The notes beneath the pieces are model-generated. The model was not told the origin of the DNA. It did no database searches and was given only the letters and a program-made list of their open reading frames with translations. From assembly GCF_018350175.1 (NCBI RefSeq), contig NC_058383.1, positions 10,232,001 to 10,296,000 on the forward strand: a stretch of 64,000 bases of DNA, given 5' to 3'. The DNA comes from Felis catus (taxonomy: Eukaryota). Positions 1-10,748 of this stretch are shown one piece after another. Position numbers and translations under genes: made by a program. Positions within the stretch are counted from its first letter, which is position 1; every line of letters begins with the position of its first letter.

Positions 1-589
1 CCACAGAGCAAGCATTGGTGGTGCCCCCCCATTCAACGGGACTCACCTGCTACAGGCACTTGCCCAGGGTTACAGGGAACCAGTGGCAGGGAAGGCGCTA
101 CCTGGCTCCTGGTCCAGAGTGCTTTCCTGTGTGCTGGGTGAACTGGTGGACTGGGTCGTGGGTGCACCCCCAGAGCCCAGTGTCTGGCCCCGTGGAGAGA
201 GGGCAGGAGGGGGAGACACAGCTTATGTCCTCAGAGAGCCCCAGTGTCACGCTAAGCATCACTTACTGAGGTGCATTTTAAATGGCAGCATGAAAGGGGC
301 ACCTGGGTGGCTCAGTCGGTTAAGCATCGGATTTCGGCTCAGGTCATGATCTCACGGTTTGTGAGTTCGAGCTCCACGTCAAGCTCTGTGCTGACAGTTC
401 AGAGCCTGGAGCCTACTTCAAATTCTGTGTCTCTCTCTCTCTCTCTCTTCCCCTCCCCTGCTTGCGCTCTGTCTCTCTCTCTCTCTTAAAAAGAAATAAA
501 CATTAAAAAAAAATTAAATGGCAGCATGAAAAATGAATAAAGAATGGATGTGTGCCCTTCACCTTAAACTCTGCCTTTCAGATATCAGT

Positions 590-2830
590 CTTACGCTCAT
601 TTAATCGTTGATTCATTTATCAAACATTACCTAGGATGCCATGCTCCAGCCACTGCTTTGCGCTTAAGATGTAATGTAGTGGGAGAGACAGACAATGGTT
701 TCAGTATGTGAGGGACCCAGGGTGGCTTCCCAGAGGCAGTGACATTGGAGTTGGGGTGTTGGAGGAGTAGGATTGTTGCAGGGAGAGGTGCAGGCATTCA
801 GGACAGAAGGAGTGTGTCCAGAGACACTGGGGTGAGGCTGGGGAGTGTTCGGAGAACGTGAGGAGCCTGCTTTGGCTCTCAGGTGAGAGGGTGTGCATGA
901 GTAAGAGGTGAGGCCAGTGAGGGAGGCCTTGAATGTTGAACTTTATTGTGCAGACAAGAGAGAGGTGATCAAGGGTCTGACTTTCACTCCGTTAATCAAA
1001 ATTAACTGAACATCTACTATGGACTGACTGTGCTAGATCTTGGAGACGTGGCAGAAAACAAAACAGACAAAATCCTTGCCCTCAGGCAGTCCTTGTCTAG
1101 GAAAGGAAAGAGATGAGAAACAAACCAGTACCATCCATGGTGGCGATAATGTACCATGGAGAAGGCAAAGTAGGGAAGTAGGGGGAGGGGGTGCTGGGTT
1201 TGAGGTGAGTTTCCAATTTTATCGATCTATCCATGTATTTCTTTATTTTTAATGTTTATTTATTTTGAGAGGGAGAGAGAGAGAGAGAGCAGGGCAGGGG
1301 CAGAGAGAGAGGAAGAGAGAATCCCAAGCAGGCTCCATGCTGTCAGTGCAGAGGCCGACACGGGGCTCAATTCCACAAACCGTGAGACCATGACCTGAGC
1401 CGAAATCAAGGGTCAAACGCTTAATGGACTGAGCCACCCAGGGACCCCTACTTTATTTATTTTATTTTTATGTAACCTCCATACCCAACGTGGGGCTCAA
1501 ACTCACAACCCTGAGAATCAAGAGTTGCACACTCCGCCAACTGAGCCGGCCAGGCACTCTCGGTTTCCAATTTTAAATTTGATGGTCAAGGACGGCCTTG
1601 CTGAGAAGGTGGCATTTGAGAAAATATCTGAAGGAGGGGCGGGAGTGAGCCATATAGGTCTCTGGGGGAAGAGCATTCTGGAAGAGGGTCCAGTGTAATG
1701 ACCATGAGCACGGAGCATGCCCAGCATGTCAGAGAAATAGTAAGGAGGTGTGGATGCCTGGAGGAAGATCTCAGAGGAGGAGAAGTCAGAGAAGTCAAGA
1801 GGAGGAGGCTTGTAAGTGACCACTTCCTGTGGCTTTTACTCTGACCCGGACGGGAGCCATAGGAGCAGATAAGGGACATGAGGAGAGCCATGATCCGTCT
1901 CTGGCTTTAACAGAATTGCTCCGTTTGCTGGGTGGAAAATACCCATCTTCTTCGACTTAGTGTAGTAACGTCACAATAAACCCACTGTAAATCAAAAATA
2001 CCGTAAGTGGAAAAATGCATGTAATACACCTAGCCTCCCGAACATCATAGCTTAGCCTGGCCGACCTTAAACGTGCTCAGAACACTTACACGAGCCGGCA
2101 GTCGGGCAAATCTAACGCGAAGCCTATTTTATAATAAAGTGTTGACTGTGTCAGGGGATCTACTGAATGCTGTACAGACAGTGAGAAGCAGAATGGCTGT
2201 CTGGGCACAGGAAGGTTGTCTGCGCATAGGTTGTTCACCCTCCTGATTGCGTGGCTGGCGGGGTGCCGTGGCTGCCAGGACCCAGCATCACGAGAGAGGA
2301 TCGCGCCTCAAATCGCCAGCCTGGGAAAAGATCCAAATTCGAAATCTGAAGTATGGTTTCCACTGAACGCCTATCACTTTCACACCATCGGAGAGTCGAA
2401 AAATCATAAACTGAACCATCCTAAGTCTGTGCCTGTAGACCGTGAAGGGGTTTGGAGAGGAAGCAGGGACGTCATTTAGGAAGTGCTCGCAGTCATGTAG
2501 GTGGCTGGGCCAAAGGTATCCGGGTGACGGGGGTGACAAGTGGTCTTATTCTGCATATATTTTAAGGGTAGAGCCTATGGAGAGAGAGAGAGAGGGATCC
2601 AGGATGATTGGAGTCAAGGTTTTTGACCCGAACACCTGGAAAGGTGGTGTGACCTCTTGTAAAGGTGGGGAAAGAAGTGGAGGAGGGGTAGGTTGGGGGC
2701 GGGGCTACATCAAGATTTGGGGTTTGGATCTGTTAATTTTGAGTTGCCCATTGAACACCCCCACGAGGAGGACAAGTGGGCCATTGCCCACGTGATCTGG
2801 ATTTCCTGGGAGAAGTCCGAGCTGAGAGCG
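590..2830 (-). mobile_element. L2 fragments, interrupted by SINEs and MER47
   Basis: GAGAAGGTGGCATTTGAGAAAATATCTGAAGGAGG, CTGGGGGAAGAGCATTCTGGAAGAGGG and similar L2 3'-end-like text. Confidence 0.65.
1942..2438 (+). mobile_element. MER47/Tigger5-type DNA transposon (MITE)
   Basis: Near-diagnostic CGAACATCATAGCTTAGCCT..CCTTAAACGTGCTCAGAACACTTACA and AAGCCTATTTTATAATAAAGTGTTGA; degenerate termini (TCGACTTA ... TAAGTC). Confidence 0.8.
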
Positions 2831-4892
2831 TTCTTGACGCATGGGCAGAGCTTGTAGGAGCATGGAAGACGGCTGGAAGTGGTGTCTAGGAGAGACCTTG
2901 ACCGTCTGAACAACAGCAGGGCCTGCTGGCCTGGAGAGAAGAGTCAAAGGCATTCGAGAGACTTTTTTTTTTTTTTAATGTTTATTTATTTTTGAGAGAG
3001 AGGAGGAGAGCGCAAGTGGGGGAGGGGCAGAGAGAGAGGGAGACACAGAATCGGAAACAGGCTCCAGGCTCTGAGCCATCAGCCCAGAGCCCGACGCGGG
3101 GCTCGAACTCCCGGACTGCGAGATCGTGACCTGGCTGAAGTCGGACGCCCAACCGACTGAGCCACCCAGGCGCCCCAAAAATAAAATATTTTTTAAAAAA
3201 CACTAAAACGATGAGAGATATTATGAACGAGAAGCAACAGGTGCTGATGACTGAGCTCGTGCAGATGAGAGCAGAACTGGCTCCTGGAGGAGGAGCGGAT
3301 CCAGGGGGCGGGGTGGGGTGGGGGTTCAGACCAGACATGTGTAAGCATTTAAGGTGCCCACTCCAACATCCGGGGACACGTGCAGATAGTCGATGAAGAG
3401 TCCATGTGGAACACCAGCTGGAGACTAAGGAGGCAGGAGTCGGCTGGCTTGGGGTAGAGATGTGGGACACAGTGCCTCCGTGTGTCTGTGCGTGTCTATG
3501 GAATAAGGAACAGGAGCTGAATTTGGAACTGGAATGTTCCCTGACAGGTGAGGGATGGGCAGAGACAGGGGAGCCAGAAACATGGCAGGGACTGAAATAG
3601 AAACTGCTGCACAAGATGCCATGGATCCCCAGAGCAGCCAACTCCCTGGGGTCAGGGACAACTTCCCAGACGTGGGGCATTTGAATTGGGGCTTAACAGG
3701 ATGAGTAGGAGGTGGCCAGGTGGAGAATGGGGGAGAGGCATTCTGGGCCAAGGACAGGGATAGTGAGAGCAGGGCTTATTCCCTGTGGGAACCAGGCAGT
3801 CCCCATAACACATCACTCCCACCCCATTCCTTAATGTGGATGGATAATCGATGGGCATTCAGTCCAGACCAACGCGTGTAAAGCCCTTTTCCACTTTAGT
3901 CAAAGAAGCATCTCTGTGGCATTCTGCACCCTACTTGTTCAGGGCAGTGAGTTTCTCTATTGCCCTTGGGGGAAGAATCCTGATACCCCGATATAGATTT
4001 CTGTTTTCTTTGTAGTCCACCCCTGTGTCACCTGTTGGAGGCCACCTTCTCTTGATGAAGTCACGATGCCCACTGGGCACGCTCCTCTCAGAACTTTGCA
4101 CTTGGCTTAGTTCCCCAGGCCTGGGACACCCTCCTCCTTTTTTCCTTCCTCCTCCCGTGCACCTGGCCCTTGACTTTCACTCTTTCTCTCCTAGATATCA
4201 CCTTCTCTAAGAATTTGTCCTGACTGCCCAAGAATGAGGGCTGGGCTCCTGTGTGGTCCCCCAAAGACCTGTATTTATCCTGATTGTAGCAGTTATTGCC
4301 CTGTGTGTGGCTATGGTCTGTGTCAGGTGTCTGTTCCTTCATTAGATGGGGACATAGAAGGGGAAGGAACCAGTTCACATTCTTGTGGACTCCTGGAGGC
4401 TGGCACCAAAAGTGTGTTCGTGGAATGAGTGATACATGTTTGCACGCTTGAATGAGCGGTGTTCCTATAAAGGAGCACCGAGGGGAAGGCTGGGCATTTG
4501 GGGGTTCCCCAAACCCCTGGGGGCAGTTTGGAGTTTCCATCCCACAGGCTGGGCAGGGTGGGGTTGGGCCCCTTGCCTGCCAGATCCCTGTGATTGGGAA
4601 CTGCTGCCACCTGCTGGGCAAGGCTGGTGCTGCTTTACTGCCACCATCGCGGCTTGAGCACCTGTGTGCCCAGGTTGGGGTGATGACAGTCACCACCTGT
4701 CCTCCAGAAGCTCTCGGGCTGGTGGGAGAGACACTTTGAAAGTGACAAGACAATAATGTGGAAGTGCAGGGGCTGGAGGGGGATGAGGAGGCCGCTGGTG
4801 TAGAATTCAGAAGCAGAACCGTCCCTGGGGCAGAGCCCATGACAGGTGCAGAGCAGGAAGGGGCAGCTGACCTGGAGGGAGCATAGGGAGCG

Positions 4893-4950
4893 TGTTGTTG
4901 TTGTTGCTGTTGTTGCTGTTGTTGTTGTTGTTGTTGTTGTTGTTTTGTTG
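4893..4950. repeat. (TTG/CTG)n trinucleotide microsatellite
   Basis: TGTTGTTGTTGTTGCTGTTGTTGCTGTT... Confidence 0.95.
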
Positions 4951-5029
4951 TCGATGTTCTCCCTTTGTTGCTTTTCTTTCGCTTAATGGCAGACTTTCTC
5001 TCCTTTCCTGGGAAATCTGGCCCTGGTCC

Positions 5030-5225
5030 ATTACGGTGCAAGCATTGGCCATTGTTCAAGGTACCTTATTTAACCTTTACTGTGACCCTATCAGAGAGGC
5101 CCTCCATTTATTCCATTTCGCAGATGAGGACGATGAGGCGCAGGGAGGTAAGCCCAAACAAGATCACAAAGGTTGGGTGACATGGCTTGTCAGCCCTTTA
5201 GACACCAGCTGTTTTGACCATACAG
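5030..5225 (-). mobile_element. MIR (others at about 13550, 15900, 19780, 22250, 26830, 28200, 28560, 41400, 57900)
   Basis: MIR core-like ATTCCATTTCGCAGATGAGGACGATGAGGCGCAGGGAGGTAAG. Confidence 0.65.
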
Positions 5226-6065
5226 CCCAGCCCCCCCGGCCAGCTGGCAGTCTCCTTCCCACTTCCATCCTCTAGCACCCCAGCCCACCGTCGACCATTT
5301 GCCAGCTCAGCCCCAAGCCCTGAGCTCAGCCCTCCTGGGGAAGCAGGGGAGGAGGGAGATTGGGTGATGGGCAGCTGGGGAATGGGTCCCACTGCTCAGC
5401 GTGTGATTTGAGGTAGGGCTTTGCGATGGGATTCATTATACGCCTGAATATAAGGTTGTTCCCTCCTTTTCGCAATGAGAATATTTCAAAGAAGTTTGGC
5501 CCAATATTCTAGTTTAAACATTTAGGGGATGCATATGAAATAAATGACTTCCTGGTTATACTTAGCGAAAATATTTAAAGTGTAACTATCTTAAAATCAC
5601 ATATTTAAAAAAAATTTTTTTTAAGTTTACTTATTTATTTTGAGACAGAGAGAGCATGAGCGAAGGAGGGGCAGAGGGAGAGGGAGAGAGAGAATCCCAA
5701 GCAACCTCCACACTGTCATCACAGAGCCCAATGGGGGCTCGATCCCATAAACGGTGAGATCACGACCTGAGTTGTAATCAAGAATCGGACGCTCAGCTGA
5801 CTGAGCCACCCAAGCACCCCCAAATCACACATATATTTTTTAAGGATTATGCTTTGTTTTTTCATTTTTATTTATTTGAGAGAGAGAGAGAGAGAGAGTA
5901 TGTGTGAGTGGGGAGAGGGGCTCGCTATGTATGAGCCTGACGTGGGGCTCCATCTCATGACCCTGGAATCCTGACCTGAGCTGAAATCAAGAGTCAGATA
6001 CTCAACTGACTGAGCCACACAGGTGCCCCTTAAATCACGTATTTTTAAGAATAACTTAAATGGGG

Positions 6066-7920
6066 CTGGGGCAGGGAGGTACTTTGAGATTATGACACAT
6101 CCTTTCCTTTACCCCACTTTCAGCCATTGGGTTCGGCACCCACCGATGTTTCTTGCCCGAATTAATTATTACTACAATGATCTGCAAATGGTGATTTTCT
6201 TTTCTTTTCCTTTTTCCTTTCCTTTCCTTTCCTTTCCTTTTTTCTTTTCTTTCTTCCTTCCTTCCTTCCTTCCTTCCTTCCTTCCTTCCTTCCTTCCTTT
6301 CTCTCTCTCTCTCTCTCTCTCTCCCTTTCTTTCTAAGATTTCTTGGGGCGCTTGGGGGGCTCAGTCGGTTAAGCGCCATACTTCGGCTCAGGTCATGATC
6401 TTGTGGTTCGTGGCATCGGGCTCCGTGCTGACAGCTGCTTTAGATTCTGATCTCCCTCTCTCTCTGCCCCTCCCTCACCCATGCTGTCTCTGTCTCTCTC
6501 AAAATAAATAAACTTTAAAAAGAAAAAGTTTACCCTTAGACCTAAATTCCAGGCCACAGGCATAGGCTCATCCTAGCTTCCCCCCGTTCCATATTTTACC
6601 TCCTTTCTCCAATTGTCTTCAATACACTTCAAAATCTGGCCAGTGTCCCTGTGTGCAGCTAATCCCCTTAAACAACCGGGCTTCCCTGGACTTGGATGCT
6701 CTTCTCCTGTGCGCTTGGCTCCTGTGGGGCTACCTCCCCAACCCTCAACTCCAATGCCATCCTCGTGCATGGCTCCTGGCTGCCCCTGGGCTACCAAAAG
6801 CGTCTAAGAGCTTTATATTCATTCATTCCACAAACACTTACTGAGCACCTACTATGTTCTAGGCATGTCTCCAGGGAGTGGACATAAACTAGGAAGACAG
6901 ACAAAACCCCCTGACCTCACGGAGCTCACATTCTAGTGAAGGCAGACGGACAATAAGCAGGTAAATGGCTACACCGCATGGTAAGGAGCGCTGTGGAGAA
7001 AGACAAAAGCAGGGCGAGAGAACAAATCCACTTATTTTTTTTAATGTTTATTTATTTTTGAGAGAGACGGCGTGTACACGCGAGCAGGGGAGGGGCAGAG
7101 AGAGAGGGAGAGACATAATCCCGAACAGGCTCCATCCACACTGACAGCACAGAGCCTGACACGGGGCCTCGCTGCACGAACTGTGAGATGATGGCCTGAG
7201 CCGAAACTGAGAGCGAGACACTTAACCCACTGGGCCACCCAGGCGCCCTGCAAATTGCTGTTTTATATTATCCTGTGCTGCCGTAAGGAGATCTCAAATG
7301 CTAACCTATCACTCGGATGAAAAAGCCACCCTCACAATTTGGAATAATGTTTGCAGCAAGTGTCATTCGTGCATTCAAAGAGCTCTGTATTTCCAAGCAC
7401 AAGTGAGGATGGTATGTTCGAGAAAACCGTGTGAGGGAACGCAGAGGAGATGCTCAGGATGGACACGTGGCAAGTGAAGAGTCTGAATCAATGTTCACAA
7501 ACCACAAGCGTGGGAAAATGATCGTTGTGGACTAAAGTTATTCTTGATTTTTTTTAATGTTTATTTTTGAGAGAGAGACAGAGCACAAGCAGGGAAGGGG
7601 CAGAGAGAGAGAGGGAGACACAGAATCTGAAGCAGGCTCCAGGCTCTGAGCTGTCAGCACAGAGCCCGACGTGGGGCTGGAACTCCTGAACCGTGAGATC
7701 ATGACCTGAGCCAAAGTGGGACGCTTAACCCACTAAGCCACCCAGGCGCCCCAAGAAATCTTAAAAAAAAAAAAAAAGGAAGAAAAGAAAATCACCATTT
7801 GCAGATCATTGTAGTAATAATTAATTCGGGCAAGAAACATCGGTGGGTGCCGAACCCAATGGCTGAAAGTGGGGTAAAGGAAAGGATGTGTCATAATCTC
7901 AAAGTACCTCCCTGCCCCAG
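6066..7920. repeat. Perfect 141-bp inverted repeat (arms 6066-6206 and 7780-7920)
   Basis: Arm 2 is the exact reverse complement of arm 1 by direct reading. Confidence 0.92.
6195..6332. repeat. Compound (CTTTT)/(CTTC)n/(CT)n pyrimidine microsatellite
   Basis: Direct reading. Confidence 0.95.
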
Positions 7921-8310
7921 TGCTTATTAGTCATGGTCAAGTGATCAGCATTGATCCCACCAATCATGGTTCCAAATGATATTGGATTCATGAAAACACA
8001 GCATCCTTTCTGTGATATCTCTGCCCCATAATGATAACAGTGGTCTAATCATAAGGAAGGCACGGACAAACCCATATTGAGGGACAGTCTATAAAATAAC
8101 TTCTCTGAAATCTTCAAAATGTCAAGGCCATGACATTCAAAGAAAGGCTGCAAATGGTTTTAGACCGAGGGTGACCAGAGAGATGTGACGACTAGGTACA
8201 ATGTTTGATACCCTATTAGATTTTTTTTTTTTTAACCCTAAAAGGATTTTTTTTTTTTTTTTTGGACACTGAAGGGCAGTTTTGAAATTGTTTCCAAATA
8301 AAAAGTTAAA
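7260..8310 (+). mobile_element. Old L1M (L1MC/ME-like) 3' fragment, SINE-interrupted
   Basis: GACAAACCCATATTGAGGGACAGTCTATAAAATAAC...CTTCAAAATGTCAAGGCCATG resembles L1MC 3' UTR. Confidence 0.6.
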
Positions 8311-9927
8311 AGAAATGCCTTTCTCCTGGTTGACTCCTGCTGGCCTGCAGGATTCATTTTGAAGAAGCTTCTGCAGAACTTCCTGTGACCTCCTTTGTGC
8401 TCCCACTGTTCCTGGACCCCCTGACACTCTTTTCTGATTATATCTATGCTTCATCTCTGCTGGCCTTGGAGGTTCCTGAGACCAGGTCTCTGGGTCCTGT
8501 CTGGATCATGGCACACAGACCAACCTCTCAAAACACACTGAACCAATCTCCTCAACAAAAAGGGTGTATTTGGGAGTACATCTGAACCCCACTTCTCCAC
8601 CTGGGACTCAACCAAAGAAATTGTTGGTCTGGCTGTTGGAGGTGCACCTGACTCAGTGGCACCCATGAACAACCAGGAATCATGTCTGCAGGGGGGTTCC
8701 TGGAGGAAATACATTTAATTTTTTAAAATTAATTAAAGTTTGTTTATTTTGAGAGAGAGAGCACGTGCGTGCTTGAGTGGGAGGGAGAGGAAGTGATGTG
8801 GGGCTTGAACCCATGAACTGAGATCCTGACCTGAGCCGAAATCAAAAGGCTGACGCTTAACCGGCTGAGCCACCCAGGTGCCCCCTGGAGGAAATATTTA
8901 TTATGCAGGACAGAGTTGAGGATCTAATCCCCTAGACATGACCTTGCTGAAGAGGCTTCTCAATGGGGAACACTCTCTCTCACGTCTGATGTCACTTGTG
9001 TGCTCAATGAGGGCACGGAGGTTGGCGGGGGCTGCCTGGATAACCCCAGCACAGCGGACCCCACCGCGCTCAAGGATTAGAATGTTGGGAATATACCGGA
9101 GGAACAGCGAGCAATATTATTGCCAGGAAGTATGGACATCCAAAGATGTTAGGACCCTGCCAGGAATGGTTAAACATTTTTCCTCCTGTTTTCTGCGGAG
9201 CTAAGATGGGTTATAGGTGGTTATAGATGCCATTCAAAGGATCAAGATGCCAACCTTTCAGGATGGGGGCCTGGGGTACCTGTGCCTGTCAGCATTGAAG
9301 CCGTCCTGGCTGTCTGTCCCTCAGACGTGGTTTGAGCGCCCCCTTGGGGTGAGGGACATGTGTGACTGCGGGAAGGGGCTGAGGAAGATCTGGGCCTGGT
9401 GGGAGGGTTCCAGGATCCAGGAGGGGAGGCAGGGGCCTGCCAACAGGGGGCGGGGCCTGACTGGGAGTGCCTAGCCCGGAAGGGAGGGCAAAGGGCCATG
9501 TTGTCCGCGTGCCCCACCCCACTGACAAGAGTCCCAGTTACCAGGCCACCCTCTCTGTCTGGGGCCCTAGAGGGGTAAGTGTCCTTCTGAACCCACCTTG
9601 TCTCTTTCCTATGCAATGGGTGAGAACTTCTTTCTTCCTTGAGGGTCCAAACACCCTGTCCCCTGTTTAGCCCTGTGCCAGACAGAGGCCACACCTGCCA
9701 CCCCCTCAGCGTGGCACGGTCCCCCTGCTCAACTTTCAGAGGTCCATGAGATGGGTACTGGGGGGCGGGAATGAAACTTTCCAGACCTCTCACCTCCTGA
9801 CACTGGCATCAGAGCCCAGGCAAGGGCAGAAGGGTCTCGGGTGGGACACCTCATCCAGACAAGCTCCAGATCCCTGCTCCCTTCTCTGTCACTCTACAAC
9901 AGAGCCCAGAATCGTGAGTCGCTGTAG

Positions 9928-10578
9928 CACTGGGGGACACCCAGACAGAGCTTTCGCTGGACCAAGTCCTCCAGGAGCGGGATGAAGCCATTGCCAAGTG
10001 AGAGGCAGATGCTTGGGGGGGGGGGGGGGAGGGCAGTGGGTGGCTCGCCCTCAGGGCTCTGTCCTGCTAGAGGAGAGGGTGTGAGAAGTCAGGCATTCCT
10101 GGAAGGAAAGCCACATACATACTCGCCTCGTCACAAGGCAGGGGCTGTGGCCACACTTGCCCACCCTCAGGGCCCAGAAGCAGATCTGTAGGGTTCAAGC
10201 TCAAGCTGTTCTCCCGGCCGCCTGCAGGAAGCAGGCAGTGGAGGCTGAGCTGGACACATGCAAAGCCAAGTTGCGAGCTGTGGAGGCCCAGCTGCTGGAG
10301 GTCCTGGAGGAGAAACTGAGGCTGAGGCAGGAGGTGGAGGCCTGGGAGGTAGGGTGGGAATGCCAGCCGGGCCTGGGAGGCATGGGGAAGAGGCACAGGG
10401 TCGGCCCTGAACCTGCTCTCCTGCCCCCCAGGAGGACATGCGGCTACTGGTGAGACAGCAGGTCGAGAGTCAGCTGCAGAGAGAGTCCAGGGGCCCTCAG
10501 GGAGCCCCGGTGACCCCCAGAACTGCCAGGGCTCCCTGGGTCCGATTCCTCCTGGGTCAGTGGGGACGCTGGCGGTGA
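9928..10578 (+). CDS. BICDL3: BICD family-like cargo adaptor 3 (orthologue of human ABHD11-AS1/BICDL3P locus): 3' exons with open frame; 5' end and coding status uncertain
   Basis: Exons 9928-9997 (donor AA|GTGAGA), 10228-10348 (CCTGCAG| ... GAG|GTAGGG) and 10432-10578 (CCCCCCAG| ... TGA) splice in frame. Product: LGDTQTELSLDQVLQERDEAIAK-KQAVEAELDTCKAKLRAVEAQLLEVLEEKLRLRQEVEAWE-EDMRLLVRQQVESQLQRE...GRWR*. This resembles the BICDL1 C-terminus as recalled (DRDEAIAKKNAVELEL...QQKLNLSQQLEAWQDDM). An in-frame TGA at 9915-9917 is included if the stronger acceptor at 9902 is used. Confidence 0.75.
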
Positions 10579-10611
10579 CAGAGCTCAGCCCGGGGGCTTG
10601 GGAGCAGTGTC

Positions 10612-10617
10612 TTTATT
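10612..10617 (-). terminator. ABHD11 polyadenylation signal AATAAA
   Basis: TTTATT on + strand, about 130 nt past the ABHD11 stop codon. Confidence 0.8.
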
Positions 10618-10618
10618 C

Positions 10619-10624
10619 ATTAAA
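10619..10624 (+). terminator. BICDL3/ABHD11-AS1 polyadenylation signal ATTAAA
   Basis: ATTAAA 40 nt after the TGA at 10578, with T/GT-rich sequence around 10670. Confidence 0.6.
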
Positions 10625-10748
10625 ACTTGAGGTCTGACCCTTTGCACCCTCATGCTCTCTCAGTGCCTGAGTCCTTTTGTGCGGAAACGTGGAACAGGCT
10701 GCAGGGCCTTGAAGCCTGGGGCTTCCTGCCTCGTCTTGCCAGCAACTC

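Noticed and set aside
4088..5059. 323-aa minus-strand ORF with poly-Q
   Set aside because: The poly-Q comes from the (TTG/CTG)n microsatellite; the ORF starts in a MIR and has no protein-like features or splice support.
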